Shown here in pieces: positions 1 through 9,759 of a stretch of DNA of 64,000 nt. The DNA is taken from positions 24,130 to 88,129 of the forward strand of contig JALRHH010000001.1 in the NCBI GenBank assembly GCA_023253175.1, in the 5' to 3' direction. The notes under the pieces were generated by a model. That model did not search any database. It worked only from the letters and a program-made list of their open reading frames with translations, and had not been told where the DNA came from. The number at the start of each line of letters is the position of its first letter. The first letter of the stretch is position 1. The translations under genes were made by a program, and so were the position numbers. Source of the stretch: Candidatus Saccharimonadia bacterium (lineage in GTDB: Bacteria; Patescibacteriota; Saccharimonadia; Saccharimonadales; JALRHH01).

Positions 1-1
1 T

Positions 2-2707
2 TCTGGTAAGTCTTCACTTGCCTTTGACACGATCTATGCAGAAGGTCAGCGCCGGTATGTCGAATCACTCAGTTCATATGCCCGTCAATTTTTGGGGCTG
101 ATGGAAAAACCTGATGTTGATCAAATCGATGGCCTGTCTCCTGCAATTAGTATCGATCAGAAATCCACCAGTCGTAATCCACGTTCAACGGTTGCAACGG
201 TTACGGAAATTTATGACTATCTTCGTCTTATGTTTGCCCGAATTGGAGTGCCGCACTGTCCAATTTGCGGCAAGCCGGTTGCACGCCAAACGGTCCAGGC
301 GATCGTTGATAAGGTAAATAGCCTACCAGCCGGATCGCGTCTCATGATATTGGCGCCAATTGTGGTTGGAAAAAAAGGTGCATTTGAACACATTCCGGAG
401 CAGTATAGCCGCGCGGGATTTGCACGTGTTCGCGTTGATGGGGTTGTCTATGCGCTTGATGAATTCCCGGAACTTGAAAAAAGCTACAAGCACACCATTG
501 AAATTGTTGTTGACCGTTTAGTAAATGACGAAAACAGTCGAACTCGTTTGGCACAGTCCGTGGAGCAGGGACTTGAGATTGCTGACGGTAGATTGTCGGT
601 GATTGATGCTGATAGTGATGAAGTTCATAACTATAGTCTTATGTATGCATGTATTGATCATCCTGATGTGGTAATTCCGGAACTTGAACCGCGAACATTT
701 AGCTTTAACAGCCCGCAGGGCGCCTGTCCAACGTGTACCGGTCTGGGCTCACGTCTTGAGGTTGATCCCGAACTTGTCATTCCAAATGGTAAGCTCACGA
801 TCGCGGAAGGTGCGATTCGCCCATTCAATCGTATTAATGCAGACGCGTGGTATACCAAAAAAATGCAGGCGGTTGCCGAACGTTACGGCTTTTCACTGCA
901 TGTTCCAACGGGTGAACTTAAGAAAGAAGATCTTGATAGGATCTTGTACGGCACCGGCAACGAAACATATAAAGTTTCACTTGGGAGCGGCCGCGTATTT
1001 GATACCGCCTACGAAGGTGTTATTCCAAATCTAGAACGCCGCCACAAAGAAACCGATAGCGAATTTATGCGCAAAGATATCGAGCGGTTCATGCGTGAGC
1101 GTCCGTGTCACGTGTGCGGCGGTCGCCGTCTTAAGCCCGAAGTTCTGGCAATTACGGTTAACGGCAGTTCTATTATGGATGTTTGTGAATTGTCGATTAG
1201 CGAGGCAATCGATTACTTCAATAGCATGAAGCTTAACGACAAAGAGCAGACAATTGCAGAGCAGGTGACAAAAGAAATCTGTGCCCGTCTGAAGTTCATG
1301 AATGATGTTGGTTTGAGTTACTTGAATCTGCTTCGTAGTGCGGCAACATTGTCTGGTGGTGAGGCGCAGCGTATTCGTCTGGCAACACAGATTGGATCAG
1401 GGCTTATGGGCGTTCTGTACGTTTTGGATGAGCCAAGTATCGGTCTGCATCAACGCGATAATGAAAAGCTTATTAAAACACTCAAGCACCTTCGTGATCT
1501 TGGAAACACTGTGCTTGTTGTGGAACACGATGAAGATACCATCCGCACTGCTGACTATTTACTTGATATTGGGCCGGGTGCTGGTGTGCATGGTGGCCAT
1601 GTGGTGTCGCGTGGTACGCCCGATGAGGTTGCGCATGATCCAAAGAGTATGACCGGACAGTACTTGCTTGGCAAAAAAGTTATTGCTGTTCCGAAAAAGC
1701 GCCGCGAGGGTAACGGTAAGTCACTTGTTATTAAGGGCGCCAAAGAACACAATCTCAAGAACGTAACGGTTGAAATTCCACTTGGCAAAATGGTGGTTGT
1801 CACGGGTGTTTCTGGATCTGGTAAATCAACACTGATTAATGATATTCTCGCCAAAGAACTGGCCGCCCGTTTGATGCGTGCAAGTAGCGTGCCGGGCCGC
1901 CATGAAGAAATCGAGGGGATTAAGCAGCTCGATAAGGTTATTGATATCGATCAGTCTCCAATTGGTCGTACACCTCGCTCTAATCCAGCAACGTATACTG
2001 GTTTATTTACACCAATTCGTGAGCTTTTTGCTGCAACTCCAGAAGCAAAACTCCGCGGTTATGGTCCCGGGAGATTTAGCTTTAACGTAAAGGGTGGCCG
2101 CTGCGAAAACTGTGCCGGTGATGGCATTATCAAGATCGAAATGCACTTCCTTCCTGATGTGTATGTGCCGTGTGAAGTCTGTAAGGGTCAGCGATACAAC
2201 CGTGAGGCACTGGAGATCGTGTACAAAGGGAAGACGATTAGTGACGTGCTACGTATGACATGCGAAGACGCGCTTGATTTCTTTGGCAATATTCCAGCAA
2301 TCGCACGCAAGCTGCAAACGATGGTTGATGTCGGTCTGGGCTATATAGCACTCGGGCAGTCGGCTACGACATTGTCTGGTGGTGAGGCGCAGCGCATTAA
2401 GCTTGCGACTGAATTGTCTCGTCGTCCCACGGGCCGCACACTCTACATCCTGGACGAGCCAACGACTGGTCTTCATATGGAGGATGTCAACAAACTGATG
2501 AAAGTGCTCCATGCTCTCGTTGATACGGGCAATAGTATGGTGATTATCGAGCACAACCTTGATGTGATAAAAAATGGCGATTGGTTGATTGATATGGGTC
2601 CAGAAGGCGGTTCTGGCGGTGGTATGGTTATGGCTGAAGGTACGCCAGAACAAGTTGCCAAAGTTAAAGATTCTTATACTGGTCAGTTCCTTAAGAAGCT
2701 CTTATGA
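2..2707 (+). CDS. uvrA: Excinuclease ABC subunit A (UvrA), 5'-partial (continues upstream of window)
   Basis: The reading frame is open from nt 2 ([32 protein letters not shown] precedes the first Met). It has two ABC ATPase modules with LSGGEAQR signature motifs and Zn-finger Cys pairs ([26 protein letters not shown]). Ends with TGA at 2705-2707. Confidence 0.95.
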   Translation, partial: SGKSSLAFDTIYAEGQRRYVESLSSYARQFLGLMEKPDVDQIDGLSPAISIDQKSTSRNPRSTVATVTEIYDYLRLMFARIGVPHCPICGKPVARQTVQAIVDKVNSLPAGSRLMILAPIVVGKKGAFEHIPEQYSRAGFARVRVDGVVYALDEFPELEKSYKHTIEIVVDRLVNDENSRTRLAQSVEQGLEIADGRLSVIDADSDEVHNYSLMYACIDHPDVVIPELEPRTFSFNSPQGACPTCTGLGSRLEVDPELVIPNGKLTIAEGAIRPFNRINADAWYTKKMQAVAERYGFSLHVPTGELKKEDLDRILYGTGNETYKVSLGSGRVFDTAYEGVIPNLERRHKETDSEFMRKDIERFMRERPCHVCGGRRLKPEVLAITVNGSSIMDVCELSISEAIDYFNSMKLNDKEQTIAEQVTKEICARLKFMNDVGLSYLNLLRSAATLSGGEAQRIRLATQIGSGLMGVLYVLDEPSIGLHQRDNEKLIKTLKHLRDLGNTVLVVEHDEDTIRTADYLLDIGPGAGVHGGHVVSRGTPDEVAHDPKSMTGQYLLGKKVIAVPKKRREGNGKSLVIKGAKEHNLKNVTVEIPLGKMVVVTGVSGSGKSTLINDILAKELAARLMRASSVPGRHEEIEGIKQLDKVIDIDQSPIGRTPRSNPATYTGLFTPIRELFAATPEAKLRGYGPGRFSFNVKGGRCENCAGDGIIKIEMHFLPDVYVPCEVCKGQRYNREALEIVYKGKTISDVLRMTCEDALDFFGNIPAIARKLQTMVDVGLGYIALGQSATTLSGGEAQRIKLATELSRRPTGRTLYILDEPTTGLHMEDVNKLMKVLHALVDTGNSMVIIEHNLDVIKNGDWLIDMGPEGGSGGGMVMAEGTPEQVAKVKDSYTGQFLKKLL

Positions 2708-3243
2708 CCAAGAAAACTTTCAATCCCGAAATAGCGGAATATGAGGGTGCGGAAGGATATGTGCGATACTGCAGTGGCTTGGGAATACTGCAGCAACCAG
2801 AGGCATGGAGATCGATTCATAACCAGGCTGATATTGAGGGTAATATTGACTCTGTGCTCGTAACTGCCGAGCACTTAATACTTAGCGGCTCTAGAAAATT
2901 TATTGACGCTTCCGCTGGGCTCAGTGGAATTACCAATTTCACTGAGGCAAAGACTAAGTTCGATGAGGTTGCACCAACTATGTATCGGCTGCTCGGAAGA
3001 GTGTGCGAGAGTCAATTCGGCAGATTACAGGAAATAAATACTGCGTATCCAATCGTTAGACCTGCACCATTCCTCGACAGGACTACATACAGGTATATTG
3101 CGGGCGGTGATTATTCGAGAATCCACTTCAGTACTATGCTTGATGATATGGTGCCTGCAGAGGTATTGAGGGAACGATTAGAGAATCGATCATTCTCAAG
3201 ATGGCCATCTGGCTTGAGGATACCAAGATTAGCGCTTCCGTAG
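2704..3243 (+). CDS. Hypothetical protein (179 aa), start overlaps uvrA stop (ATGA)
   Basis: Intact ORF in the gene direction. The 4-nt overlap suggests translational coupling to uvrA. No recognisable motifs. Confidence 0.45.
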   Translation: MTKKTFNPEIAEYEGAEGYVRYCSGLGILQQPEAWRSIHNQADIEGNIDSVLVTAEHLILSGSRKFIDASAGLSGITNFTEAKTKFDEVAPTMYRLLGRVCESQFGRLQEINTAYPIVRPAPFLDRTTYRYIAGGDYSRIHFSTMLDDMVPAEVLRERLENRSFSRWPSGLRIPRLALP

Positions 3244-3942
3244 TATTGTTTTGATTTCGCGCTTTGTGGCATGCCAGATGGCGTGTCGGCGATTCTTGTC
3301 TTTAAGTATGTGGATAGCTGGTGGTGCGACTGAGATAAAAATGATCACTGCAATAACGGGTAGTAGAATGTGGTCGATTTCCCAGCCCATGTGTTCAAAC
3401 CACTTACCTAGGAAATATCCCGCGTAGGTAACGCCAGCGGCCCAAAAGAAAGCGCCAATAATGTTATAGGTAAGAAATTTCCTGTATTCCATTTTGCCAA
3501 TACCAGCAACAATTGGGGCGAAGGTGCGCACGATTGGCACGAAGCGAGCGATGATAATTGTTTTACCGCCATGCTTTTCATAAAAAGCCTGTGCTTGCTT
3601 AACGTATTCCTGTTTGAATAATCGGGCGTCAGGTTTATTAAATACTCTTGGTCCAGCCTTTCGGCCAAATGTATATCCAACTGAATCTCCAGCAACGGCC
3701 GCAAAGAATAAGATGGCTACGAGCACATGAATATTTATTGGAAGAAGGCCTGTGTAAGTCAAGAATCCCGCAGTGAATAGCAGGCTGTCGCCCGGTAGAA
3801 AGAACCCGATGAGCAGGCCGCTTTCGGCAAAGATGATCAGAGCAACGCCAATCACCCCAACAAGTTTAATCAGTTCTGTGAGCTCAATTCCAGGAATCAT
3901 TAGCTCTAGTATATCAGTAGTTGCTGCACGGTTAGTATTCAA
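3229..3942 (-). CDS. DedA/TVP38 (VTT-domain) family membrane protein
   Basis: Multi-TM protein with the characteristic FLPGDSLLFTAGFL and ARFVPIVRTFAPIVAGIG segments of DedA proteins. Confidence 0.85.
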   Translation of the reverse strand: MNTNRAATTDILELMIPGIELTELIKLVGVIGVALIIFAESGLLIGFFLPGDSLLFTAGFLTYTGLLPINIHVLVAILFFAAVAGDSVGYTFGRKAGPRVFNKPDARLFKQEYVKQAQAFYEKHGGKTIIIARFVPIVRTFAPIVAGIGKMEYRKFLTYNIIGAFFWAAGVTYAGYFLGKWFEHMGWEIDHILLPVIAVIIFISVAPPAIHILKDKNRRHAIWHATKREIKTILRKR

Positions 3943-4026
3943 AACATGTGAAGTAGCTAACAGTCCAGATAACCGAACTCTTTATAATAAGTACAGTCTA
4001 ACGACCGAATTATTAAGGAGGAACGA

Positions 4027-4728
4027 ATGACAAATCAGGACATTACATTAGAACTTCAGGAGAGAACAGCTGTTCGCAAGCGACTTCGTGCTCTTCGGAG
4101 AGAGGGCCTGGTACCCGCGGTTGTACATGACCATGGTAAGGATTCGATATACGTATCAGGTGATTACGGTACGATTGTAAAAACCTATCAGCAGGCAGGG
4201 AAACATCACCCAGTTAACCTTACGGTTGGTGGTAAGAAACACCTTGCACTAATTAAGGACGTGGATTTTGGACCCGTAAAGCACGAATTCCGGCACGTTG
4301 TGTTCCAGGCTATCCGGCAGAATGAAGAAGTCGACGCAGAAGTACCAATCGTATTCAAAGAAGACGCCGAGATACCAGCAGAAAAGGTAAGTCTTATGGT
4401 TCTAAAGCAGCTTGACGTAGTGCAGGTGAAGGCATTACCAAGAGATCTGCCGGACCAACTTGTGGTTGATCCAAGCAATCTCGTGGAAGTTGGCGATAGT
4501 ATCACGGTCGCAGATCTTGTCGCGCCGAAAGGGGTGACGATCGTTACAGAGCCCGATCATCAGATTGCAATTGTTGAGATGCCAAAAGATCAGATTGCTG
4601 AAGCTAATGCTGCTGCAGAGGCTCTGGCCGAAGATGCAGGCAAACCTGACGCTGAAACCCAGGAAGAGGCAACGACGCCAGCTGCTGAAAAAGATAACGC
4701 TAATCCAGAATCAAATGACGATAAGTAA
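4027..4728 (+). CDS. rplY: 50S ribosomal protein L25 / general stress protein Ctc
   Basis: The N-terminus (LELQERTAVRKRLRALRREGLVPAVVH..GKDSIYVS) matches the L25/Ctc fold. AAGGAGG RBS at 4013-4019. Acidic C-terminal tail typical of Ctc-type L25. Confidence 0.85.
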   Translation: MTNQDITLELQERTAVRKRLRALRREGLVPAVVHDHGKDSIYVSGDYGTIVKTYQQAGKHHPVNLTVGGKKHLALIKDVDFGPVKHEFRHVVFQAIRQNEEVDAEVPIVFKEDAEIPAEKVSLMVLKQLDVVQVKALPRDLPDQLVVDPSNLVEVGDSITVADLVAPKGVTIVTEPDHQIAIVEMPKDQIAEANAAAEALAEDAGKPDAETQEEATTPAAEKDNANPESNDDK

Positions 4729-4744
4729 GCGTAGTTTGGCGTAA

Positions 4745-4776
4745 TAAAAATGACCCGTCTGGGTCATTTTTATTTG
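4745..4776. terminator. Bidirectional intrinsic terminator between convergent rplY and ABC transporter genes
   Basis: Stem AAAATGACCC / GGGTCATTTT with a GTCT loop (4747-4770), flanked by an A-run and a T-run. Confidence 0.7.
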
Positions 4777-4815
4777 GTGCTCTATAAGATAAAGTGGACT
4801 TTATTGTATCTCTGT

Positions 4816-6606
4816 TCATTCATCTATGAAGCCACCAGATTGCTTGGCCCAAAGCTTTGCGTATGCTCCGTTTCGATGAATGAGGTCGCGGTGACTACCT
4901 TCTTCGATAATCTTGCCTTTGTCCATAACGATAATACGATCCATTTGTTGAATCGTACTTAATCGGTGAGCAATCACAATTGCGGTTCGGTGCTCCATAA
5001 GTTTCCAGAGCGCGTCTTGTATCAGATTCTCGCTTTCACTATCAAGCGCAGACGTCGCCTCATCAAGCACGAGGATAGGAGCATTCTTGAGCATTGAGCG
5101 TGCGATAGCCACACGTTGCCTTTGGCCGCCAGAAAGCTTAACTCCACGTTCGCCGACCAAAGTGTCGTAACCCTCCTCCAGCTCACTAATGAACTCATGT
5201 GCATGCGCCATCTTGGCAATTGCTTCAATCTCTTGCATTGAAGCATCAGGACGACTGTAGGCAATATTCTCTGCCAGACTGCGGTGAAAAAGCAGCGGTT
5301 CTTGTGGTACATAAGTGATATGGCTTCGCAGGTCGTGCTGCGTTATTGAGCGAATATCTTGGCCATCAATTAAGATTTGGCCCTTTTGGATATCTGAGAA
5401 GCGAAGGAGCAGACTCGTCAGTGATGTCTTACCAGAGCCAGAGCGCCCAACAAGTCCAATTTTTTCACCTGGTTTAATACGTAAATTCATGCCAGAGAAG
5501 AGCGGTTTTTCGCTACCAGCGTGGGCAAACGTAATGTTTTTGAACTCAATTTTACCGCCGCGGATCTGGCTTTCTTCTGGCTGTTCAGGATCCTTAATGT
5601 TTGGTTCAATCTGTAGTATTTTTACCATATCGCTTGCGTCACCAAGGGCGCGGTTGAATTGTCGCAGAACATTCTGGAATTCCCAGAGTCTCTGTCCAAT
5701 AACACCGGTGTAGCTTACGATGAGGAACAACGTAGCAATATCTGCGCCGTAATATTTGGTACCAAGTACCGCGATAAAAAGCGCGCCAATACCGATGATT
5801 GAAGTAAGCGTCGAAGAGAAGAGTTCACGGTAGGTGGTTGCAACCATTGATTTATGCGTTGCGTGCTTGGTCTTTGTTGCTTCTTTCCAGTAGCGCTTTG
5901 ATTCGTAGTCTTCAGCCGCAAAACTTTTGATAGCCATAATGTTCGTGACACTATCGGCGAGCTGGCCGGTTTGACGGCTTTCTTGTTCGGCTTGTTCCCT
6001 GTTTGCTTCGCGCACTGCCTTGGAGAAGTAGATTGTTCCGATGATGTAAAGAATTGATAAGCCCACAAGTGAGACAGCATAGACGGGTGCTTTTGGTCCG
6101 AGAATAACGAGTGTTGCAATCATACTTATGACCAACGTATATAGATTAAATATGGTTGCATCGGCAAATCTAATATAGCTTCCAACCAGTTTGTTGGTTT
6201 GTGACACTAACGAGCCGCCGAATCGGTTGGCGTGGAAATTCGCATCAAGGCTCACCAGATGATTAAAGACCCTTGTTGCAATGTCCCGGAGGACTTTCAT
6301 CTCGAGCATCCAGATGAGCCAGATATTAAGGCGCCATCCAATAATACCGCTGCCTACAACTGCTAGTGAATACCAAATAAGCTCCCACTTGAAACTTCCG
6401 AGTAGATTGTTGCTATCAAAGGCGCCTTCACTAATTCGCTGAAGGATTATTGCTTGAATATATGGCTGTACATAGTTCATGGTAATTACCGCGAACAAGA
6501 CGCCAATAAGTAGCGGAATGGTGAAGCGCTTATAACGCATTGCATGGCTCACGAATAATTGGATCGTCAGCTTGTTAATTGATTTTTCTGAAGTGCGATT
6601 TTTCAT
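4816..6606 (-). CDS. ABC transporter, fused permease/ATP-binding (MsbA/multidrug-exporter type)
   Basis: N-terminal 6-TM domain, then GRSGSGKTSL (Walker A), LSGGQRQRVAIARSML signature and ILVLDEATSALD (Walker B). Confidence 0.9.
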   Translation of the reverse strand: MKNRTSEKSINKLTIQLFVSHAMRYKRFTIPLLIGVLFAVITMNYVQPYIQAIILQRISEGAFDSNNLLGSFKWELIWYSLAVVGSGIIGWRLNIWLIWMLEMKVLRDIATRVFNHLVSLDANFHANRFGGSLVSQTNKLVGSYIRFADATIFNLYTLVISMIATLVILGPKAPVYAVSLVGLSILYIIGTIYFSKAVREANREQAEQESRQTGQLADSVTNIMAIKSFAAEDYESKRYWKEATKTKHATHKSMVATTYRELFSSTLTSIIGIGALFIAVLGTKYYGADIATLFLIVSYTGVIGQRLWEFQNVLRQFNRALGDASDMVKILQIEPNIKDPEQPEESQIRGGKIEFKNITFAHAGSEKPLFSGMNLRIKPGEKIGLVGRSGSGKTSLTSLLLRFSDIQKGQILIDGQDIRSITQHDLRSHITYVPQEPLLFHRSLAENIAYSRPDASMQEIEAIAKMAHAHEFISELEEGYDTLVGERGVKLSGGQRQRVAIARSMLKNAPILVLDEATSALDSESENLIQDALWKLMEHRTAIVIAHRLSTIQQMDRIIVMDKGKIIEEGSHRDLIHRNGAYAKLWAKQSGGFIDE

Positions 6607-6868
6607 AACACCGTGCCTCCTTGCAGGTGGTATTACAACCTTGAACCAGGTCGTGTTTGATAGTAATTGATTAGTTTGGTATTTAGTTTATATTGCCGCT
6701 GGCTCACGCTGCCAGTTTGGTACAAATACGAGCTATTAAGAGATTGAACGGGCGAATGGTGGTTTTGCCTCGGCCGCTGTCTGTATACTCATGAATGATC
6801 GCCCTTTCCGTTATATTGTAATACTTACAATTATATCATATCTGTCAAGTGAAATAAGAACAGGGGTG

Positions 6869-6877
6869 TGGTATAAT
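6869..6877 (+). promoter_or_regulatory. Extended -10 element TGGTATAAT immediately upstream of trhO start (leaderless-type arrangement)
   Basis: TGnTATAAT consensus lies 9 nt upstream of the ATG at 6886. No Shine-Dalgarno sequence in between. Confidence 0.4.
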
Positions 6878-6885
6878 GTCTCTCG

Positions 6886-7785
6886 ATGCAAAAAATATTA
6901 CTTTACTACAAGTTTACGCCGTTGAATGACCCGGAAGCAGTGAAACTATGGCAAAAGACACTTTGCGATAGCCTCAACCTGCGTGGACGAATACTCGTCA
7001 GCCGTCAGGGACTCAACGGAACTGTCGGTGGTGATATTGATGACCTGAAGGCCTACGTCAAGGCTACGAAATCATATCCAGCATTCAAAGGAATTGTATT
7101 TAAGTGGAGTGATGGCGGCCGGGAAGATTTTCCTCGTATGAGTGTCAAGCACCGGCGCGAGCTTGTGGGTTTTCAGAATAGTGATGATGAGTTTGAAGTT
7201 GACGAAAACGGCGTGGTTGGCGGCGGTAAGCATATCAAACCGGCCCAGGTTAACGAAATGGTAGAAAAGTTTGGCGATGATGTGGTGTTCTTTGATGGCC
7301 GTAATGCTCATGAGGCAAGTATCGGCAAGTTTAAAAACGCAGTTGTTCCAAATACTAATACAAGTCGTGATTTCATTGCAGAGCTTGAAAGCGATAAATA
7401 CAATGACATCAAAGATAAGAAAGTCATTACCTACTGCACAGGTGGTATTCGCTGCGAAGTGATTAGCTCTATGATGAAAAAGCGTGGCTTCAAGGATGTC
7501 TATCAAATTGATGGCGGAATCGTGAAGTACGGTGAAACATATGGTGATGACGGACTGTGGGAGGGAAGTCTCCGTGTGTTCGATAACCGAATGAAAGTTG
7601 ATTTTTCTGACCATGCTAAGACAATTGGTGTCTGCACACATTGCCAGGGTAAAACCAGCAATTTTGAAAACTGTGCTAACACGGCTTGTAACGATCTTGT
7701 ACTTATTTGCGAGAACTGTAAACAAAACCCAGAGCTTCTATACCACACTGAAAAGTGCCGTGAAGCCATGGCTGTTATCGCCTAG
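6886..7785 (+). CDS. trhO: Rhodanese-domain protein, UPF0176/TrhO family (tRNA uridine(34) hydroxylase-like)
   Basis: Rhodanese active-site loop YCTGGIRCE and the C-terminal Cys-rich tail (CTHCQGK..CANTACNDLVLICENC) typical of YceA/TrhO. Confidence 0.8.
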   Translation: MQKILLYYKFTPLNDPEAVKLWQKTLCDSLNLRGRILVSRQGLNGTVGGDIDDLKAYVKATKSYPAFKGIVFKWSDGGREDFPRMSVKHRRELVGFQNSDDEFEVDENGVVGGGKHIKPAQVNEMVEKFGDDVVFFDGRNAHEASIGKFKNAVVPNTNTSRDFIAELESDKYNDIKDKKVITYCTGGIRCEVISSMMKKRGFKDVYQIDGGIVKYGETYGDDGLWEGSLRVFDNRMKVDFSDHAKTIGVCTHCQGKTSNFENCANTACNDLVLICENCKQNPELLYHTEKCREAMAVIA

Positions 7786-7807
7786 CATATGTAGTTAAAA
7801 ATAACGG

Positions 7808-7836
7808 TTGACCAAACCAAGGTAAGAGCGTAACAT
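7808..7836 (+). promoter_or_regulatory. Sigma70-like promoter of the arsR cluster: TTGACC-17-TAACAT
   Basis: -35 at 7808-7813 and -10 at 7831-7836 with a 17-nt spacer. The ATG at 7845 lies only 9 nt downstream of the -10, implying a leaderless or near-leaderless transcript. Confidence 0.45.
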
Positions 7837-7838
7837 TT

Positions 7839-7850
7839 AACCATATGGTT
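7839..7850. promoter_or_regulatory. Perfect 12-bp palindrome AACCATATGGTT overlapping the arsR start codon (candidate ArsR autoregulatory operator)
   Basis: The palindrome is centred on CATATG (ATG at 7845-7847) and sits between the -10 and the coding region of an ArsR/SmtB repressor gene. Confidence 0.5.
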
Positions 7851-8171
7851 GAATATGAATTACGACTGGATATGATATTTAGTTCACTGTCTGATCCGAT
7901 TAGGCGCGATATATTGCAGCGCGTGTCGGCCCGTGAATTCTCTGTTGGTGAGCTCGTTGAACGGTATGAAGTTAGTTTTGCTGCAATTTCGAAGCATTTA
8001 AAGGTGCTCGAGAAAGCAAAGCTTGTTCACAAACGAAAGGAGGGTAAAAAGCAAATGGTACGACTGGCACCGGATGCTTTAAGGAGCGCCGATGAATATT
8101 TGGAGCAGTATCGCCAGATGTGGCAAGGCAGGTACGACAAGCTCGATATGTTATTAAACGAAAGGGATTAA
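7845..8171 (+). CDS. ArsR/SmtB family transcriptional regulator
   Basis: Winged-HTH segment ELVERYEVSFAAISKHLKVLEKAKLVHKRKEGKKQMVRL typical of the ArsR family. Confidence 0.85.
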   Translation: MVEYELRLDMIFSSLSDPIRRDILQRVSAREFSVGELVERYEVSFAAISKHLKVLEKAKLVHKRKEGKKQMVRLAPDALRSADEYLEQYRQMWQGRYDKLDMLLNERD

Positions 8172-8174
8172 TCA

Positions 8175-8677
8175 TGGCAGAAGTAAAAGTTACCAAAGAT
8201 TTAGAAAATAAAAAGCTTGTTGTTGAGTTTGTAGCAAATGGCCCTAAGGATAAAGTTTGGAAGGCGTACGCCGACAAAGAATGGTTTGAAAAATGGTGGG
8301 GCCCAGAGGGATGGGAAACTACTGTTAAAGAGTTTAACCTGACACCCGGCGGCCGTGTGCACTATGGTATGAAATGTGTGGATGAGAACCAGGGCGAATG
8401 GTTTGGCCAAGTATCATGGGGCCTCATGGAGATCCAGTCGGTCGAAGAGGGTAAAAGCTTTACGTACGTTGACTATTTCTCTGATGAAGATGCGAACCTG
8501 AACCAGGAACTACCTGCGCTCACCATCACAAATGAATTCATCGAAGAAGATGGTAAGACCAGAATCATCAGCACAAGCTATGCAAATAGTGCGGAGCAAA
8601 TTGAAGAGCTCATTAAGATGGGCATGATCGAAGGATTTAGCAGCCAACTCAATAAGCTGGATCAACTCGTTGCCTAG
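8175..8677 (+). CDS. SRPBCC-superfamily protein (Aha1/activator-of-Hsp90-ATPase-like domain)
   Basis: The W/G-rich segment VWKAYADKEWFEKWWGPEGWETTV...GEWFGQVSWGLMEI is typical of bacterial Aha1-domain proteins that pair with ArsR regulators. Start chosen at the ATG at 8175 rather than the longer ORF start at 8120. Confidence 0.7.
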
Positions 8678-9053
8678 CAAAGGCGTATACTTTATATATG
8701 AAACAAGATCCCAAATAGATGCGTATGTGGCGCAGTTCAAAGGTGAAGCATTAGATCGTTTGAATCGTCTCAGAGCACTTACAAAGAATGTGGTGCCGGA
8801 GGCAGTGGAGTCGTATAGTTATGGCCTAATTGGCTTTAAGTATAAAGGCAAGCCACTAGTATACTACGGTGCATTCGCGCATCATATTGGGTTCTACGCA
8901 ACACCAAATGGCCATGAGGCGTTTGCTGACGAGTTTGCAAAATACAAGCAAGGTAAAGGTTCGGTCCAACTTCCCTTAGATCAAGCGCTGCCCTTTGATC
9001 TTGTTGAAAAAGTGGTGAAGTACCGCGTTGAAAATATAGAGGAGTCACGGTAA
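8670..9053 (+). CDS. DUF1801 (YdhG-like) domain protein
   Basis: GFKYKGKPLVYYGAFAHHIGFYATP is the conserved core of DUF1801. Start overlaps the upstream stop. Confidence 0.65.
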   Translation: MPSKGVYFIYETRSQIDAYVAQFKGEALDRLNRLRALTKNVVPEAVESYSYGLIGFKYKGKPLVYYGAFAHHIGFYATPNGHEAFADEFAKYKQGKGSVQLPLDQALPFDLVEKVVKYRVENIEESR

Positions 9054-9328
9054 TGTCATTTCAAGCATATCTCGATAATATTGAAGCAAAAACAGGTAAG
9101 ACGCCGCAGCAGTTTATTGATGAGGCGGCCGCTAGGGGCTTTGGGAAAGATACAAAGGCCGGCGAAATTGTGCAGTGGCTTGCAAATGAGTATGGCCTTG
9201 GTCGTGGTCATGCCATGGCGCTCGTGCATATCATAAAACATGGGGCTCAGATTTCAGATAAGCATGTCAATTCTGGTGGCGCACACAGCGACGAGAGTGG
9301 CACACTTCGCTTGAGCGGAAAGGAGTGA
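9053..9328 (+). CDS. DUF4287 domain protein
   Basis: SFQAYLDNIEAKTGKTPQQF...VQWLANEYGLGRGHAMALVHII matches the DUF4287 family. TAATG stop/start overlap with the upstream gene. Confidence 0.6.
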   Translation: MSFQAYLDNIEAKTGKTPQQFIDEAAARGFGKDTKAGEIVQWLANEYGLGRGHAMALVHIIKHGAQISDKHVNSGGAHSDESGTLRLSGKE

Positions 9329-9723
9329 TCATGCCGCAGGATATACAGGACTATCTCGCGCGTCAACCAGAAGGAGCCCGTCAGATATGCGAGCGGTTGC
9401 AATCGGTGATCGCCGATAATTTTGCGGATGCGGAAAACAAAGTTTGGCATGCTCACCCGGTGTGGTTTCTAGCTGGCAATCCAATCGTTGGCTATAGCAC
9501 ACTTAAAAGTGGCGTCAGGCTGATGTTTTGGAGCGGCGCTGATTTCAATGGACCAGGACTCATTCCGGGAACAGGTAAGTTCAAGGATGCATCAATTACC
9601 TATCAATCCGCCGACGAGGTTGACGAGGATGCCATTAGCCGCTGGCTTGCGGAATCCCGGGAGATCCAGTGGGACTATAAGAACATAGTCAAAAATAAAG
9701 GTCATCTTACGAGAATCAGTTAG
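9325..9723 (+). CDS. DUF1801 domain protein (second copy)
   Basis: HAHPVWFLAGNPIVGYSTLKSGVRLMFWSGADF is a DUF1801-like core. 4-nt overlap with the upstream gene. Confidence 0.6.
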   Translation: MIMPQDIQDYLARQPEGARQICERLQSVIADNFADAENKVWHAHPVWFLAGNPIVGYSTLKSGVRLMFWSGADFNGPGLIPGTGKFKDASITYQSADEVDEDAISRWLAESREIQWDYKNIVKNKGHLTRIS

Positions 9724-9759
9724 CTGAGCGCTGGTACAAGTCGGTGCTACAATAAGTAC

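Noticed and set aside
8120-8174. Longer start (ATG at 8120) for the SRPBCC gene overlapping arsR
   Set aside because: It would overlap the arsR coding end by 52 nt out of frame. The ATG at 8175 has an A/G-rich RBS context and follows the arsR stop directly.
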